From Bacillota bacterium (GTDB lineage Bacteria > Bacillota > Sulfobacillia > DUSP01 > JBFMCS01), in NCBI GenBank assembly GCA_040754315.1, contig JBFMCS010000004.1, positions 7,390 to 71,389 on the forward strand: a stretch of DNA of 64,000 nt, written 5' to 3'. A program made the translations under genes and the position numbers. Below, piece by piece: positions 1 to 8,942 of the stretch (the stretch's first letter is position 1; each line of letters opens with the position of its first letter). The notes beneath the pieces were generated by a model, which saw only the letters and a program-made list of their open reading frames with translations, ran no database searches and was not told the DNA's origin.

Positions 1-30
1 CCTGACATCCCGGAGTTCCTCCGGGCTGGC

Positions 31-558
31 ATGAAGGCTACGCCCAAGATGAGACGTGTCAGGTTCGGATTCTGGGACCGCGTGGTCCTGACGCCGGTGG
101 AGGTGATGGGCATCCGGAAGTGGGCTTTTACGGGATTCCTGGTGCTCCTGGCGGTGATGTGGCTCAGGGAACGGCCTGTGAGTCCCGCCGGTGCGCTCTC
201 CGGGGCGCTCCTGGGGGCGGTACCGTACGCTGGCGCCGTCCTGGCTGGCTCAGTGTTTGTCCCAGCGCTGCTACCCTACATACCGGGAAGGGCACTGTCC
301 TTTAAGGGCGCTCTCCTGGGTCTCCTGTGGGCCCTGGCTTATGCGGCCCGTAGCTACCCTGAGGTGGACTGGGTGGCCTCCGTCCCCTACGTCTTGGTGC
401 TCCCGGCGATTTCGTCATTCCTGGCCCTGAACTTCACCGGTTCCACCACGTACACCTCACTGTCCGGCGTGCTGGAGGAAATGGGGGTAGCCCTGCCTGT
501 AACAGCGGTGGCGGTGGTTCTGGGTGTGGTGTGGGCGGTAGTACGAGCGATTGTATGA
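31..558 (+). CDS. Hydrophobic membrane protein, function unknown. It may be the C-terminal part of a longer CDS, because the reading frame is open to the window start.
   Basis: A 175-aa ORF with several hydrophobic helices. The frame has no stop upstream of position 31, so the true start may lie outside the window. Confidence 0.35.
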   Translation: MKATPKMRRVRFGFWDRVVLTPVEVMGIRKWAFTGFLVLLAVMWLRERPVSPAGALSGALLGAVPYAGAVLAGSVFVPALLPYIPGRALSFKGALLGLLWALAYAARSYPEVDWVASVPYVLVLPAISSFLALNFTGSTTYTSLSGVLEEMGVALPVTAVAVVLGVVWAVVRAIV

Positions 559-854
559 TACCAGTGTGCGAGGAGGAGGTTCCGGTGGGTCTGAGGTACC
601 TGTCCAAATTTGTAACACTTGAACTGGATGAGGAGAAGTGCACAGGCTGCGGGCTGTGCCTGGAGGTGTGCCCTCACGGGGTGTTCTCCCTGGGCGCTGG
701 GCATTCCAGCATCCAGGACCGGGATGCCTGCATGGAGTGCGGGGGGTGCGCCCTGAACTGCCCATCCGGCGCCCTGAGGGTGCGAGCGGGTGTAGGGTGC
801 GCCTACGCCATCTTCCTGGGCAGGCTGAGGGGGACTGAGCCCTGTTGCGGCTGA
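555..854 (+). CDS. 4Fe-4S dicluster ferredoxin-domain protein
   Basis: It carries two CxxCxxCxxxCP motifs (CTGCGLCLEVCP and CMECGGCALNCP). It has an ATG start at 555 and overlaps the upstream membrane ORF. Confidence 0.6.
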   Translation: MIPVCEEEVPVGLRYLSKFVTLELDEEKCTGCGLCLEVCPHGVFSLGAGHSSIQDRDACMECGGCALNCPSGALRVRAGVGCAYAIFLGRLRGTEPCCG

Positions 855-863
855 GTGCCGAGC

Positions 864-892
864 ACAGTTTCCCCGGCTGGAACTACAGCCCA
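864..892. terminator. Perfect 10-bp inverted repeat (ccccggctgg...ccagccgggg) between the convergent ferredoxin and DapA-like genes. It is probably a bidirectional terminator hairpin with no clear U-run.
   Basis: The palindrome is visible in the sequence between the two convergent 3' ends. Confidence 0.3.
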
Positions 893-928
893 GCCGGGGA
901 ACGGCACTTCTGGGTCTAAGCGCCAATC

Positions 929-1828
929 CTAGATGAGACCGCACCCCTCCATGACGCCCCTGAGAGCCCGGGCCTCATCCCGGGTTAGGGGAAGGAGCGG
1001 TTCCCTGGGGCTCCCCGCTGGCAACCCCACCATGGCCGTGGCCGCCTTCATGGTTGCCACGTACCTGGCGCCTTCCAGGTAGGCCAGGAAGGGCGTGATC
1101 TCGGCGTACATGGTCATGGCATCTTCCATATCCCCGTGCTCAGCGAGGATGGAGAGTATCTTGGCCAGCTGCCTGCCTACCACGTTGGCGGGTCCTGAAA
1201 TGGAGCCGCCTGCCCCCAAGAGGGCTCCCTCCAGGGGCGTGCTGTCACTGCCGTTAAGGACTGTAAAGGTGTGTGCGGACCGCATGGCGATCTGGGTGAA
1301 CCTCTTGATATCACCCGTGGATTCCTTGATGAACCTTATGTTCTTCTCCCCCGATAGCCTGGCTGCGAGCTCAGGATGGATATCGACGCCCACTCTCTTG
1401 GGATTGTTGTAAAGGACAACGGGGATGTCCACTGCACCAGAGATCCTCTTGTAGTGCTGGAACAGTTCCTCTTCGGACGGCTTGATATAGGGGGGTGGGG
1501 CCACCAGGACACCGTCGGCTCCAAGTTCGGCGGCACGCCTGGAATAGTCTATCACCTGCGTGGTGGTGACGGCAGTGGTACCCACCACCACAGGGGCCTT
1601 GCCCCTGGCCACCTTCACAGCGACCTTGATGACCTCATCCCTCTCTTGACCTGTGAGGAGCAATCCCTCCCCGGTTGAACCCAGGGGTACCAGCCCGCCG
1701 ACTCCCCATTCCCCAAGAAGGGTCTGACACAGGCGTTCCAGGCCCTCCAGGTCTACCCTGGAGCCGTCCCGGTTCATGGGGGTGATGTTGGCTGCCAGTA
1801 ACCCCCGGATGGGCTTTCTTCCTGCCAT
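929..1828 (-). CDS. DapA/DHDPS-family class I aldolase or deaminase. The family includes 4-hydroxy-tetrahydrodipicolinate synthase, KDG aldolase, NAL and Pyr4H2C deaminase.
   Basis: The 299-aa protein from MAGRKPIRGLLAANITPM has the typical DHDPS-family layout (GSTGE, the active Lys region and YNNP). The ATG is at 1828 with a GGAGGTG RBS. The 133-codon upstream extension in the ORF track is not coding. Confidence 0.75.
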   Translation of the reverse strand: MAGRKPIRGLLAANITPMNRDGSRVDLEGLERLCQTLLGEWGVGGLVPLGSTGEGLLLTGQERDEVIKVAVKVARGKAPVVVGTTAVTTTQVIDYSRRAAELGADGVLVAPPPYIKPSEEELFQHYKRISGAVDIPVVLYNNPKRVGVDIHPELAARLSGEKNIRFIKESTGDIKRFTQIAMRSAHTFTVLNGSDSTPLEGALLGAGGSISGPANVVGRQLAKILSILAEHGDMEDAMTMYAEITPFLAYLEGARYVATMKAATAMVGLPAGSPREPLLPLTRDEARALRGVMEGCGLI

Positions 1829-1859
1829 GGTGCCACCTCCGAATCTTGTTCTCCCGCCT

Positions 1860-3080
1860 TCATTCCACAGGTTTGAGGCTTCCCTCCCACATGTTCTCAA
1901 GGAGCCGCTCCACCTGGGAAAGACCCACATCCCTGGGATTGAATGGCCTGTAGTACTGCTCCATGGTCTCCTCAGCGTAGGACCTGAGGGACTGGCGCTC
2001 AACCCCGGCTTCCTCCAGGCTCTGGGGCAAGTTGACTTCCTCCAGTAGTTCCCAGGAGCGCTGGATGGCCCTCTCCGGCAGATTACTTGCGTCTCCGGCC
2101 ATCCCCAGGGCCCTGCCCATGTAGACCAGTTTCTCCCTGATGTAGTCAATGTTGAGCATGAGGGTGTAGGGCAGAGAGATCCCGCAACCCATCCCGTGGC
2201 CCATGCCCAGGTGATGGGTGAGAACATAGGAAATGCTGTGAGCGTAAAGACCGCCGGTCCAGTTGTACGACATCATCCCCAGGGAGGAGGCCCACGACAT
2301 GTGGTAGCGCGCCTCGATGTCGGAGCCATCCCGGGTTGCCCTGGGCAGGTAGTTGAATACGAACTCAATGGCCTTACAGCTCAGGGCGTCCCCGATGGGG
2401 TATGCCTTGGGATGCACGAGCCCTTCCACTGCGTGGCACAGCGCGTCCAGGCCCGTGCCCGCCGTTACCCTGGGAGGCATGGTGCTGGTCATGATGGGGT
2501 CTATGAGGGCCACGTCAGGGAAGAGCAGCGCGTCCGCGGAAAACACCTTCCTTCCCTCCCTGCTGAAGACGAAGGAGTTGCTGACCTCGCTCCCCGTTCC
2601 CGAGGTGGTCGGGATGGCGATCCGGGGCAGGCCTGGACCTTCGAAACCCTTCCCGCTGATGTACTCGAAGATCTCCCCGGGGTTTGTTGCGAGCATCGCC
2701 GCGGCCTTGGCAGTGTCAATGACGCTGCCGCCCCCCAGGGCCACCACCGTGCCGTACTGGTGCCTCCGGGCCATTTCCCCGGCCTCGCCTGCCAGCTCAA
2801 TCCTGGGTTCGGCCTCAACCTGGCTGAACACATCCACGTTGACCCCTGAGGACTCCAGCGCCTCCACGATTACGTCAACTACGTGGAGGCTGGACAGGGT
2901 GCTGTCGGTGACCAGTAGCGCCCTGGGCTCCCCAAGTCTCCGGGCCTCTTCTCCGGCGGTTCTGGCTACCCCGCAGCCAATTACCAGCTTGCCCAGGGCC
3001 TTGGTGCCTGCCGTTTGCCAGGTGACAGGCCTCTTCAGGCTCTCAGGGGCCTTCTTGAGCATCTCATCGTACAGAAGCAT
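1860..3080 (-). CDS. Iron-containing (group III) alcohol dehydrogenase
   Basis: The 406-aa protein has the GGGSxxD motif (GGGSVIDTAK) and the His-rich metal site (HxxxH...H) typical of Fe-ADH. The ATG is at 3080 with a GGGAGG RBS. Confidence 0.85.
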   Translation of the reverse strand: MLLYDEMLKKAPESLKRPVTWQTAGTKALGKLVIGCGVARTAGEEARRLGEPRALLVTDSTLSSLHVVDVIVEALESSGVNVDVFSQVEAEPRIELAGEAGEMARRHQYGTVVALGGGSVIDTAKAAAMLATNPGEIFEYISGKGFEGPGLPRIAIPTTSGTGSEVSNSFVFSREGRKVFSADALLFPDVALIDPIMTSTMPPRVTAGTGLDALCHAVEGLVHPKAYPIGDALSCKAIEFVFNYLPRATRDGSDIEARYHMSWASSLGMMSYNWTGGLYAHSISYVLTHHLGMGHGMGCGISLPYTLMLNIDYIREKLVYMGRALGMAGDASNLPERAIQRSWELLEEVNLPQSLEEAGVERQSLRSYAEETMEQYYRPFNPRDVGLSQVERLLENMWEGSLKPVE

Positions 3081-3120
3081 TGATCATTACCTCCCTCACG
3101 AACCTTGCCGCTTTGGAATG

Positions 3121-3885
3121 CTACCACCTGTTCCTGGTGTCCACGGGCGAACCCCAAGGCCCCACCAGGCCTCTGTGGGCGGCGAAGCACCAGTCCACCA
3201 GTGTGACAACATCGAAAACCGGAAGGCCGGTAGCCCTCTGGACCGCGGCGGAGAAGGGCACCATGTTGGTGCATTCAAAAACCAGGGCCCCTATGCCGGG
3301 GTTTTCTCGTATCAGGGCCTTGGCTCCCTCTATCATCTCTTGCTCCAGGGTTTCATACTCCAGTTCCAGGTTGTTCCCGATGAAGGCCGTGGCGAACCGG
3401 GAGCCCTCCGGCAGGCCCCCGGTGACGACTGGCACGGTACTGGTGGTGAAGCCTACCTTCTCGAAGTGAACATCGGACATGAACTGGGAGCGCTCCGTCA
3501 GTATGCCGACCCGCTGGTCCGGTCCTATCATCCTGGAGACCAGGGGAACCTGCAGGAGGCTGGAGGTGGCCACGGTCACGCACACGGACCCGGCCAGGTC
3601 CTCCTGGAAGGGTGCCAGGAACCCGCAGCTGGTGGTTATTATCCTTGCCCCTTGCGCCTCCAGTTCCCGGGCGCCTTCGATGAAGGGCTCGATGAGGCTG
3701 GCATCCGGCTCATACCCCATAACGCGGCTGGGGAGAGCCCCCTTGACCACGTGATACCTCACGGGGTAGCGCCAGGTTGAGGCGTGGCCTATGTCCCCGG
3801 GTAGCCTCGGGAAACGGGTGTCCAGCATGAGGATCCCCACTACCTGGCCATAGGTGGTGTATCCACCCCTTGTCCTCTCGCTCAT
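3121..3885 (-). CDS. Asp/Glu/hydantoin-racemase-superfamily-like protein, paralog A. The exact family and function are uncertain.
   Basis: The ~254-aa protein starts MSERTRGGYTTYGQVVGILMLDTRFPRLPGDIG. It shares a conserved N-terminal block with the adjacent paralog. The ATG is at 3885, preceded by a GGGGGGTGA RBS, and overlaps the stop of paralog B. Confidence 0.45.
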   Translation of the reverse strand: MSERTRGGYTTYGQVVGILMLDTRFPRLPGDIGHASTWRYPVRYHVVKGALPSRVMGYEPDASLIEPFIEGARELEAQGARIITTSCGFLAPFQEDLAGSVCVTVATSSLLQVPLVSRMIGPDQRVGILTERSQFMSDVHFEKVGFTTSTVPVVTGGLPEGSRFATAFIGNNLELEYETLEQEMIEGAKALIRENPGIGALVFECTNMVPFSAAVQRATGLPVFDVVTLVDWCFAAHRGLVGPWGSPVDTRNRW

Positions 3886-4640
3886 ACCATCACCCCCCCA
3901 GAGGTGCCGCCGCCCGAGGTGTAGTCGCGCTGGATGACTGAGTGGTAGACCATGGAACAAAGGGTGACAAGGTCATATACCGGCCTTTTGGTCTTGGCCA
4001 TGACCTCCCGGGAATAGGGGCAGAGGCTGGCACATTCAAACAGGAAAGCGCCAATTTCAGGCTCTTTGCCCGTCATTTCCCTGGCAGCGCTGACCACCTC
4101 GGCTTGGATGGCCCCGAAGTCTGCCTCGGGGCGGTCCTCCAGCACGCTACGGGCGAACTCGGAGGTGTTCTCGAGCCCCTGTATCACCAGGCGCGCATCC
4201 CCTGGGTCTAGCCCGGTCGAGCGGAGGTGCTCCCCTGTGAGCTGGTCCCTGGCAGCCGTGAGGACTCCTACCTTCTTCCTAGGGTTCAGTGCCTGCAGCA
4301 CCAGGGGCAACTGGAGAAGGCTGGAGGTGAACACAGGCACACTCACCGCGCGCCGCAGCTCATCCTGGTGCACCGCCAGGCGCTCCGAGCCAGCGGCAAT
4401 TGCCTTTACCCCGCCAGACTCCAGTAGCCGTGCCCCATGTACCAGGGGCTCCAGTGAGTCGTCGTTGGACCCCGGTATCCTTCCGGGGCTCGGGACTACG
4501 TGATATCTCCCGGGGAAAGGAAAGGTCCCCGCATTGCCCACATCCCCAGGGATCCTCGGGAACACCGTTTCCAGCATGAGAATACCCAGGGGAATACCGT
4601 AGGTGGTGTAACCGCCCTTGAAGACTGTGCCCACCGGCAT
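3882..4640 (-). CDS. Asp/Glu/hydantoin-racemase-superfamily-like protein, paralog B
   Basis: The ~252-aa protein starts MPVGTVFKGGYTTYGIPLGILMLETVFPRIPGDVG and shows the same motif set as paralog A. The internal ATG at 4640 was chosen over the ORF-track start to avoid overlapping the AOR gene. Confidence 0.45.
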   Translation of the reverse strand: MPVGTVFKGGYTTYGIPLGILMLETVFPRIPGDVGNAGTFPFPGRYHVVPSPGRIPGSNDDSLEPLVHGARLLESGGVKAIAAGSERLAVHQDELRRAVSVPVFTSSLLQLPLVLQALNPRKKVGVLTAARDQLTGEHLRSTGLDPGDARLVIQGLENTSEFARSVLEDRPEADFGAIQAEVVSAAREMTGKEPEIGAFLFECASLCPYSREVMAKTKRPVYDLVTLCSMVYHSVIQRDYTSGGGTSGGVMV

Positions 4641-4669
4641 CCGTCCCTTCGCCAAGAATCTCTCCTCCT

Positions 4670-6517
4670 TCAGTCCACTGCCCACTCAATGCCCAGTTCC
4701 GCCAGCTTCCCTCTGGTGGGCACTCCCTCATGATCCCAGCCAGACATCTCGTAGAACAACCGCAGGGCGTCGTCGAACTCCTCCTGGATGATGACGGAAC
4801 CCTTGAGCAGACCCGATTCAATGGGCTTCAGGAAGCAGTAGTTCAGGGTGTCACCGGCCAGCCCGAAGCCCTCCCTGAGGTTAAAGAGCCTGCCCAGGTT
4901 GTGGGCCCGCTCCCCAACCTTAAGGAGCTCGTGCACGCTAGTCTCCCAGCCCGTCACTGCCTTTACCAGTTCAACCGCCTCCAGCGGGCGCCATGGTGTC
5001 AGGGTACACAGCCCGCAGTTGGCGAAGTGGTTCCAGTTGGTCACGTAGTAGGCCAGGCGCACCTTCCGGGCTGACATCTCTCCCTCGGGGATGGGCTCGA
5101 GGATGCCGAAGGGTTTCAGCGGGTCGATACTGGCATTCCACATGGTGTCGTGGATGTTGTGACAGTGGTCAGAACCCGTGGGGGAAACGGCGTAGCCCAG
5201 AGCAAGTCCCTTTTTAAACCTGGGGTCGTGAAGGGGTGTCTCCTGTCCCTTCACGTGATGAGCGAATTCCTCGGAGCCCTGCCCGATTTCCCTGGAGAGC
5301 GCCTTTATCCCGCGGGCCATGAGGTCGCCAAAACCCTCTCTCTGGGCAATCATCTCGATACACTGGAGCATGGCCTTGGAGTCACCAAAGCGCACCTCCA
5401 GGCCTCCCATGGAGTCCCTGTCAAGAAGGCCTCGCTCGAAGCACTCCATGACGAAGGCAATGGTGACGCCTGCGGAGATGGTGTCCAGGCAGTACCTGTT
5501 GCACATCTCATTGCCCTTGGCCACGGCCTCCAAGTCATCCACGGCGCAGTTGGACCCCAGGGCGGCCATTGTCTCGTACTCCGGCCCCCCGTAATCGGGA
5601 TCCACTGGGTACTTGCCCTGGGAAGCCACAACGCCCTTGCACTTGATGGGACAGCCGTGGCAGCTCTGCCGGGTAACCTGCAGCTTATCCCTGAGCATCT
5701 CCCCGGAGATGCCCTGGGCGCCCTCGAAGTAGCCTGTGCGGAAGTTGCGGGTGGGAAGGCCTCCTGCGGCGTTGAGTATCAGGATGGAGCCAGCGGTCCC
5801 AGTGTCATAGTACCTTGGGACTCTCTTGGGGGCTTCTTCCGACATGAACCGGGCGAGTTCCTGGACACGCTGGGGGTCGGCCATGGACAGCCTACCCTCA
5901 CCCTTGACGGCTACGGCCTTCAGGTTCTTGGAGCCCATCACAGCGCCCATCCCGGTTCGCCCGGCGAAGTGCCTGAGGTCATTCACCACGCTGGCGTATC
6001 GCACCTGATTCTCCCCAGCCCTGCCTATCTGTGCCACCCTTACCTGGCCATCCCCGAGTTCGTCCCTGATGGCCTGCTGGACAAGCTTGGGCTCCTGTCC
6101 CCAGAGGTGAGTGGCATCCCTGACTTGCACTGTCCCGGGAGAGATGAATAGATAGACAGGCTGGTCAGCCTTGCCCTCCACTACGAGGGCATCGTAGCCG
6201 GTGCGCTTCAGGGCCTGTGGGAAGAACCCTCCTGCCTCTGAGGTCCCGTAGGCTCCCGTGAGGGGAGACCTGGCGGCGACGCTGTTCCGGCAGGTTCCCG
6301 CCAGGTTAGACCCAGCCAGCAACCCAGGAGCGAAGACCAGAACATTATCCGGGCCCAGTGGGTCGACGCCGGGCCTCAGCCTCTTCATGAGCCAGTAGGA
6401 GGTAAAACCGTGGCCTCCGAAGTAGGTGCGGTAGAAGGCCTCAGGATACTCTTCCACCTCCCACCTCCTGCCTGTCAGGTCCACCCGCAATACCTTGCCA
6501 TTATAACCGTAACCCAT
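4670..6517 (-). CDS. aor: Tungsten-containing aldehyde:ferredoxin oxidoreductase (AOR family)
   Basis: The 615-aa protein has an MGYGYNGKVLRVDLT N-terminus and AOR_N plus AOR catalytic domain features. These include the 4Fe-4S Cys ligands and the pterin-binding motifs characteristic of AOR. The RBS is GGGGGAGG. Confidence 0.9.
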   Translation of the reverse strand: MGYGYNGKVLRVDLTGRRWEVEEYPEAFYRTYFGGHGFTSYWLMKRLRPGVDPLGPDNVLVFAPGLLAGSNLAGTCRNSVAARSPLTGAYGTSEAGGFFPQALKRTGYDALVVEGKADQPVYLFISPGTVQVRDATHLWGQEPKLVQQAIRDELGDGQVRVAQIGRAGENQVRYASVVNDLRHFAGRTGMGAVMGSKNLKAVAVKGEGRLSMADPQRVQELARFMSEEAPKRVPRYYDTGTAGSILILNAAGGLPTRNFRTGYFEGAQGISGEMLRDKLQVTRQSCHGCPIKCKGVVASQGKYPVDPDYGGPEYETMAALGSNCAVDDLEAVAKGNEMCNRYCLDTISAGVTIAFVMECFERGLLDRDSMGGLEVRFGDSKAMLQCIEMIAQREGFGDLMARGIKALSREIGQGSEEFAHHVKGQETPLHDPRFKKGLALGYAVSPTGSDHCHNIHDTMWNASIDPLKPFGILEPIPEGEMSARKVRLAYYVTNWNHFANCGLCTLTPWRPLEAVELVKAVTGWETSVHELLKVGERAHNLGRLFNLREGFGLAGDTLNYCFLKPIESGLLKGSVIIQEEFDDALRLFYEMSGWDHEGVPTRGKLAELGIEWAVD

Positions 6518-6884
6518 TAGCCTTGCCTCCCCCGGATGAATGGTATCCCAGTGTGATTGGCGTGCTGGAGCCCTTTCGGCGGCATAGCACCAGGTTCGCC
6601 CATTGCCACCGGCCAGGCTTGAGGTATACCGCTACCTTACCATGGTCAGACCTTCTAGACTAGGATTCGACCCCCTGGCGAAAAGTCTTTTTTTTCAAAG
6701 GGCTTTTGTCTCCCTGCGGTCAGAAGGTTGTCGTCGTGGGTCCTAGTAAGCCAGGATACTAAACTTCTTACGAAAAGTCGCTCCCGGTAAAGCCTGTCGC
6801 TTCACAACCGGGCAGTGCGAGGAACTATTCCACCTCACCGCTCGCCGGCTGCTGGAAAATACCCTGAAGCGCTTGTTAACGGTC

Positions 6885-6950
6885 ATGCAATTCACCCACC
6901 CTAGAGTCAAGTAATTCACCTACTGTCGGTGTCAAGTAATTCACCCACAC
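6885..6950 (+). repeat. Three closely spaced direct repeats, (gtc)aagtaattcaccc(ac), probably transposase-binding sites at a transposon end.
   Basis: The copies sit at about 6887-6900 (partial), 6907-6924 and 6931-6948. They are seen directly in the sequence. Confidence 0.5.
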
Positions 6951-6993
6951 AGGGGGTCGTGGAGCGCAGCGAAGAATGCAGCCATTCTGGTGA

Positions 6994-7614
6994 CAAAAGA
7001 GAAAAAGGAGGAGGCGCCGGAATGGCGCGGAGGGATTTCGCTGCCACGATCTCATTGAGATTTACCTTCACTGGCAAGCGGGAAGTGGGATTCGGAGAAT
7101 AGCATCGAGCCTGGGAATAGACAGGAATGCGGTCAGGAGATACATTCGGAGTGCCGAAGAAGCCGGGTTCACCCGCGAGCAGCCGTTATCTGAGGAGTGG
7201 ATGCGGTTTATACGGGAGGCTTTGCCATTTACTCACGACCCTTTGGCACGGTCCGTGAGGTTTAAGGCCATCGAGCCCTACAGGGAACATATCCGGGGAG
7301 CCTTGAAGGAGAACAAAGCCAGCACCGTGTGGCAAAGGCTCAAGGATGAAGCAGACCTTCGGCTAACATTCCACCTCGGAGGACTCGCCCCGCCCGAAAC
7401 CCAAGACTACATCCACCACCAACTTCGGACAGCCGGCTGTGACCAGCCCCTTTTCACCCAGCAAGTCATCGACAAGATCCATGCCCACTCCAAGGGCCTC
7501 CCTAGGCTCATTAACCGCCTCACTCGCGGTTGCCTACTGGATGCCGCCCTCCATGAAGGGCGCCTCGTCAAGGACTCTCACCTTGCACGTGTCCTCTCTG
7601 ACCTCGAGGCTTGA
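6994..7614 (+). pseudogene. Decayed mobile-element gene. An IstA/Mu-type transposase N-terminal HTH (IASSLGIDRNAVRRYIRSAEEAGF) is fused in frame to the C-terminal tail of an ExeA/TniB-type AAA+ transposition ATPase (DYIHHQLRTAGCDQPLFTQQVIDKIHAHSKGLPRLINRLTRGCLLDAAL). There is no P-loop core and no proper start codon.
   Basis: The reading frame is open from 6994 with no ATG until 7201. The Walker A/B region is missing. It sits next to the repeat cluster and a flanking low-GC segment. Confidence 0.45.
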
Positions 7615-7636
7615 GACCTTCTCATTCACTCCCGCC

Positions 7637-7659
7637 TATCAAACCAAGATGCGCCCGGA
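7637..7659 (+). terminator. Perfect hairpin agatgcgcccggagggcgcatct just after the transposase/ATPase remnant
   Basis: A 10-bp inverted repeat with a 4-nt loop. No strong U-run follows. Confidence 0.3.
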
Positions 7660-7938
7660 GGGCGCATCTTGACCTAATACAAACCCGCCATCTATTCGCA
7701 GACAATTACCGTCAAACTGCTCCGGCATGGACAGCTACTGATGTATTGCCCACACCTCCTCCAATTACTTTATATTGCTTCGACGTTCACCCCGTAAATT
7801 CCTCTGTCTCCGTCTTCCATCCGGACCGGCCGGGGGTTTTTGCAGTGGAATCAAATAGGCGTTGCTCATTGCATCGGGGCTTCTGTGAGTGGAATAACAT
7901 GTCCGATGGCCGATGGGACAAAGGGCTGATTGGCTAAC

Positions 7939-8583
7939 CTAAGGAGTTGCCACAATCAGTTTTAATATTTTACCAAACCTGTCTTCGATGCTGGTGATTT
8001 TTATCCCGGCTTTTTGAATGTTTTCCACTGTCCGCCTGTTGATACTAGAACCTATCATGTACAGGGTCAGCGGATTAAGTAAGTCCATTAACGCTCCTAA
8101 AACAGGATGTTCGCTTCGTACATGTTCCAGTAGGATAATCTGGCCATCAGGCTTACACACCCGGCGTGCTTCAGTCAACCCTTTTACAGGGTCTGGAACC
8201 GAACAAAAAACGCAGGTGGACACTATTGTATCAAAAGTATTATCGGGAAAATCCATTTGCTGAACATCAATTTCAAGTAAGGTTACCTGGGCACCGCTCT
8301 GGTGGACCCTTTTTCTCGCCTTAGCCAGCATTCCTGGACTAAAATCAATGCCGGTAATTTCGCAGTCCGCCGGGTAATAGGGCAAATTCCTTCCGGTACC
8401 CACACCCACCTCCAATACCTTCCCTTTGGCAAAGCCTAACGCTTTTTTTCTCAACCCATCGTCAATCATCCGATCCAGCCAGTCATAGTATAGCGCTGAA
8501 CGGTTGTACCGCCGTTTGATGACCTCGGTTAGGTGGCTCAAATCATTTGTTTGTTCAACCAACTTTGATACCTCCTGCATCAC
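7939..8583 (-). CDS. Class I SAM-dependent methyltransferase (UbiE/COQ5-like, Methyltransf_11). It lies in a lower-GC segment and is probably horizontally acquired.
   Basis: It has the VLEVGVGTG SAM-binding motif I and the acidic motif II. The local GC is clearly lower than in flanking genes. Confidence 0.8.
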   Translation of the reverse strand: MMQEVSKLVEQTNDLSHLTEVIKRRYNRSALYYDWLDRMIDDGLRKKALGFAKGKVLEVGVGTGRNLPYYPADCEITGIDFSPGMLAKARKRVHQSGAQVTLLEIDVQQMDFPDNTFDTIVSTCVFCSVPDPVKGLTEARRVCKPDGQIILLEHVRSEHPVLGALMDLLNPLTLYMIGSSINRRTVENIQKAGIKITSIEDRFGKILKLIVATP

Positions 8584-8942
8584 CTTACGTCAATATCCAT
8601 ATCTATACAGATCTCATTCAGAAGCTGTTTAAACCTTGCTTCAACTGTGCATTCCGGTGAACCGGCCATCTGTTCCGGAGTTTCCGGCCGGGTCGGAGCG
8701 AAGCGACGCCGGTTGTTGTGGATAATATATCCGGGTGGCCGGGATCAGTCAATCTTGGAGAAGGTTTTGGGTGCATGACACCATTGTTGTAGATTTCAAG
8801 ACACCAGGCCATGCTGCTACTATAATGTCAAGTCGTGTATGATGCAAGTCATGCTATTGACGGATCCCGGTAAAGGGGTATACAATGCAGTCGCTGGTGA
8901 CTTTACTATGGTAAAGCGCTAAAGTCCCCGGGGGTGGAGTGA

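Noticed and set aside
2353-3780. A long plus-strand ORF (475 aa) antisense to the Fe-ADH and racemase-like genes.
   Set aside because: It is a high-GC artefact. Its composition is low-complexity, Ala/Pro/Ser/Arg-rich, and it has no domain or RBS, whereas the opposite strand has clear homology.
5150-6151. A 333-aa plus-strand ORF antisense to the AOR gene.
   Set aside because: It is a GC-driven spurious ORF. AOR homology on the minus strand explains the region.
6655-6680. The motif GGATTCGACCCCC resembles the tmRNA 5' region and a tRNA T-arm.
   Set aside because: There is no flanking GGGG acceptor start, no CCA end and no resume-codon region. It cannot be folded into a tRNA or tmRNA.
6885-6950. 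Considered whether the direct repeats form a CRISPR array.
   Set aside because: There are only three copies with irregular 9-13-nt spacings and no regular spacer units. This fits transposase binding sites better.
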